Notes under the pieces: model-generated
The model's database searches: none
Seen by the model: the letters and a program-made list of their open reading frames with translations, nothing else
What the model was told of the DNA's origin: nothing
IMG/VR virus record: IMGVR_UViG_2513237329_000015
Location: 1-64,000 of that record
Strand: one strand, 5' to 3'
DNA length: 64,000 nt
Source of the DNA: a virus
Taxonomy: Duplodnaviria; Caudoviricetes
Translations under genes and position numbers: made by a program
Part shown: one piece after another, positions 63,814 to 64,000 of the stretch
How the letters are laid out: every line of letters starts with the position of its first letter
How positions within the stretch are numbered: position 1 is the first letter of the stretch

Positions 63814-64000
63814 ATGAGCATCTGGAAGGCAAGAATACAGGCCTTTGTGAGTATCTGCGCCGGATGGCTTTGCCGCCATACCGGACGCCACGCGCATGCG
63901 GACACTTTGTCCACGGTACAGCCCACACAGGATGAGTATGCGGCGGAGCGGGAGATGAACCGAAAAAGAATCTGTGAATTGGAGGGGCTTCTGGCTCAGA
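63814..64000 (+). CDS. Partial hypothetical protein (runs off the window)
   Basis: GGAGG RBS then ATG; open to the window end. Confidence 0.45.
   Translation, partial: MSIWKARIQAFVSICAGWLCRHTGRHAHADTLSTVQPTQDEYAAEREMNRKRICELEGLLAQ

Larger units (their letters stand above)
49338..64000 (+). mobile_element. Putative ICE/plasmid-like accessory operon (continues beyond the window)
   Basis: Dense co-oriented hypotheticals with SF2 helicase, extra beta clamp, LPD11-like, XF1762-like and sigma-like genes; no housekeeping synteny; no integrase or relaxase seen in the window. Confidence 0.55.

Noticed and set aside
1-64000. Additional DGR targets elsewhere in the window
   Set aside because: I saw no further copy of the TR core or of ATCGGCTGTCGCCT by eye; a BLASTN of TR against the genome would be needed to exclude remote targets.

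Overview
The window has three blocks. (1) 1-~35150 is the morphogenesis and lysis half of a siphovirus-type prophage, all on the + strand. It encodes the terminase, portal, a fused prohead protease-major capsid protein, tail tube and chaperones, an endolysin with holin-like genes placed inside the tail module, a 3175-aa tape measure, Dit, Tal and several fibre/baseplate proteins. It also carries a diversity-generating retroelement (DGR): a 912-aa Ig-repeat target with VR at 31633-31773, TR at 31959-32099 and an RT at 32321-33496. VR and TR differ at 18 positions, all TR adenines. The RT has QMDN where YxDD is expected, and no avd gene is recognisable. Three head-region genes share an N-terminal LxHYG(I/V)xGMKWGVRR leader fused to unrelated C-termini, which may be a capsid-cargo addressing system. 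(2) 35433-48906 is a Sec-exported Rhs/YD polymorphic toxin with a PD-(D/E)xK-like tip, a putative immunity gene and two WG-repeat/SLH surface proteins. (3) 49338-64000 is a mobile-element-like operon: an SF2 helicase ending in a QLSLF clamp-binding motif, a beta-clamp homologue, PAPS-reductase-like, LPD11-like, sigma-like and XF1762/Mom-like proteins, and many hypotheticals. A high-GC Clostridia (Oscillospiraceae-like) host is inferred from GC content, RBS style and SLH domains. All calls come from reading motifs by eye; no database search was run.
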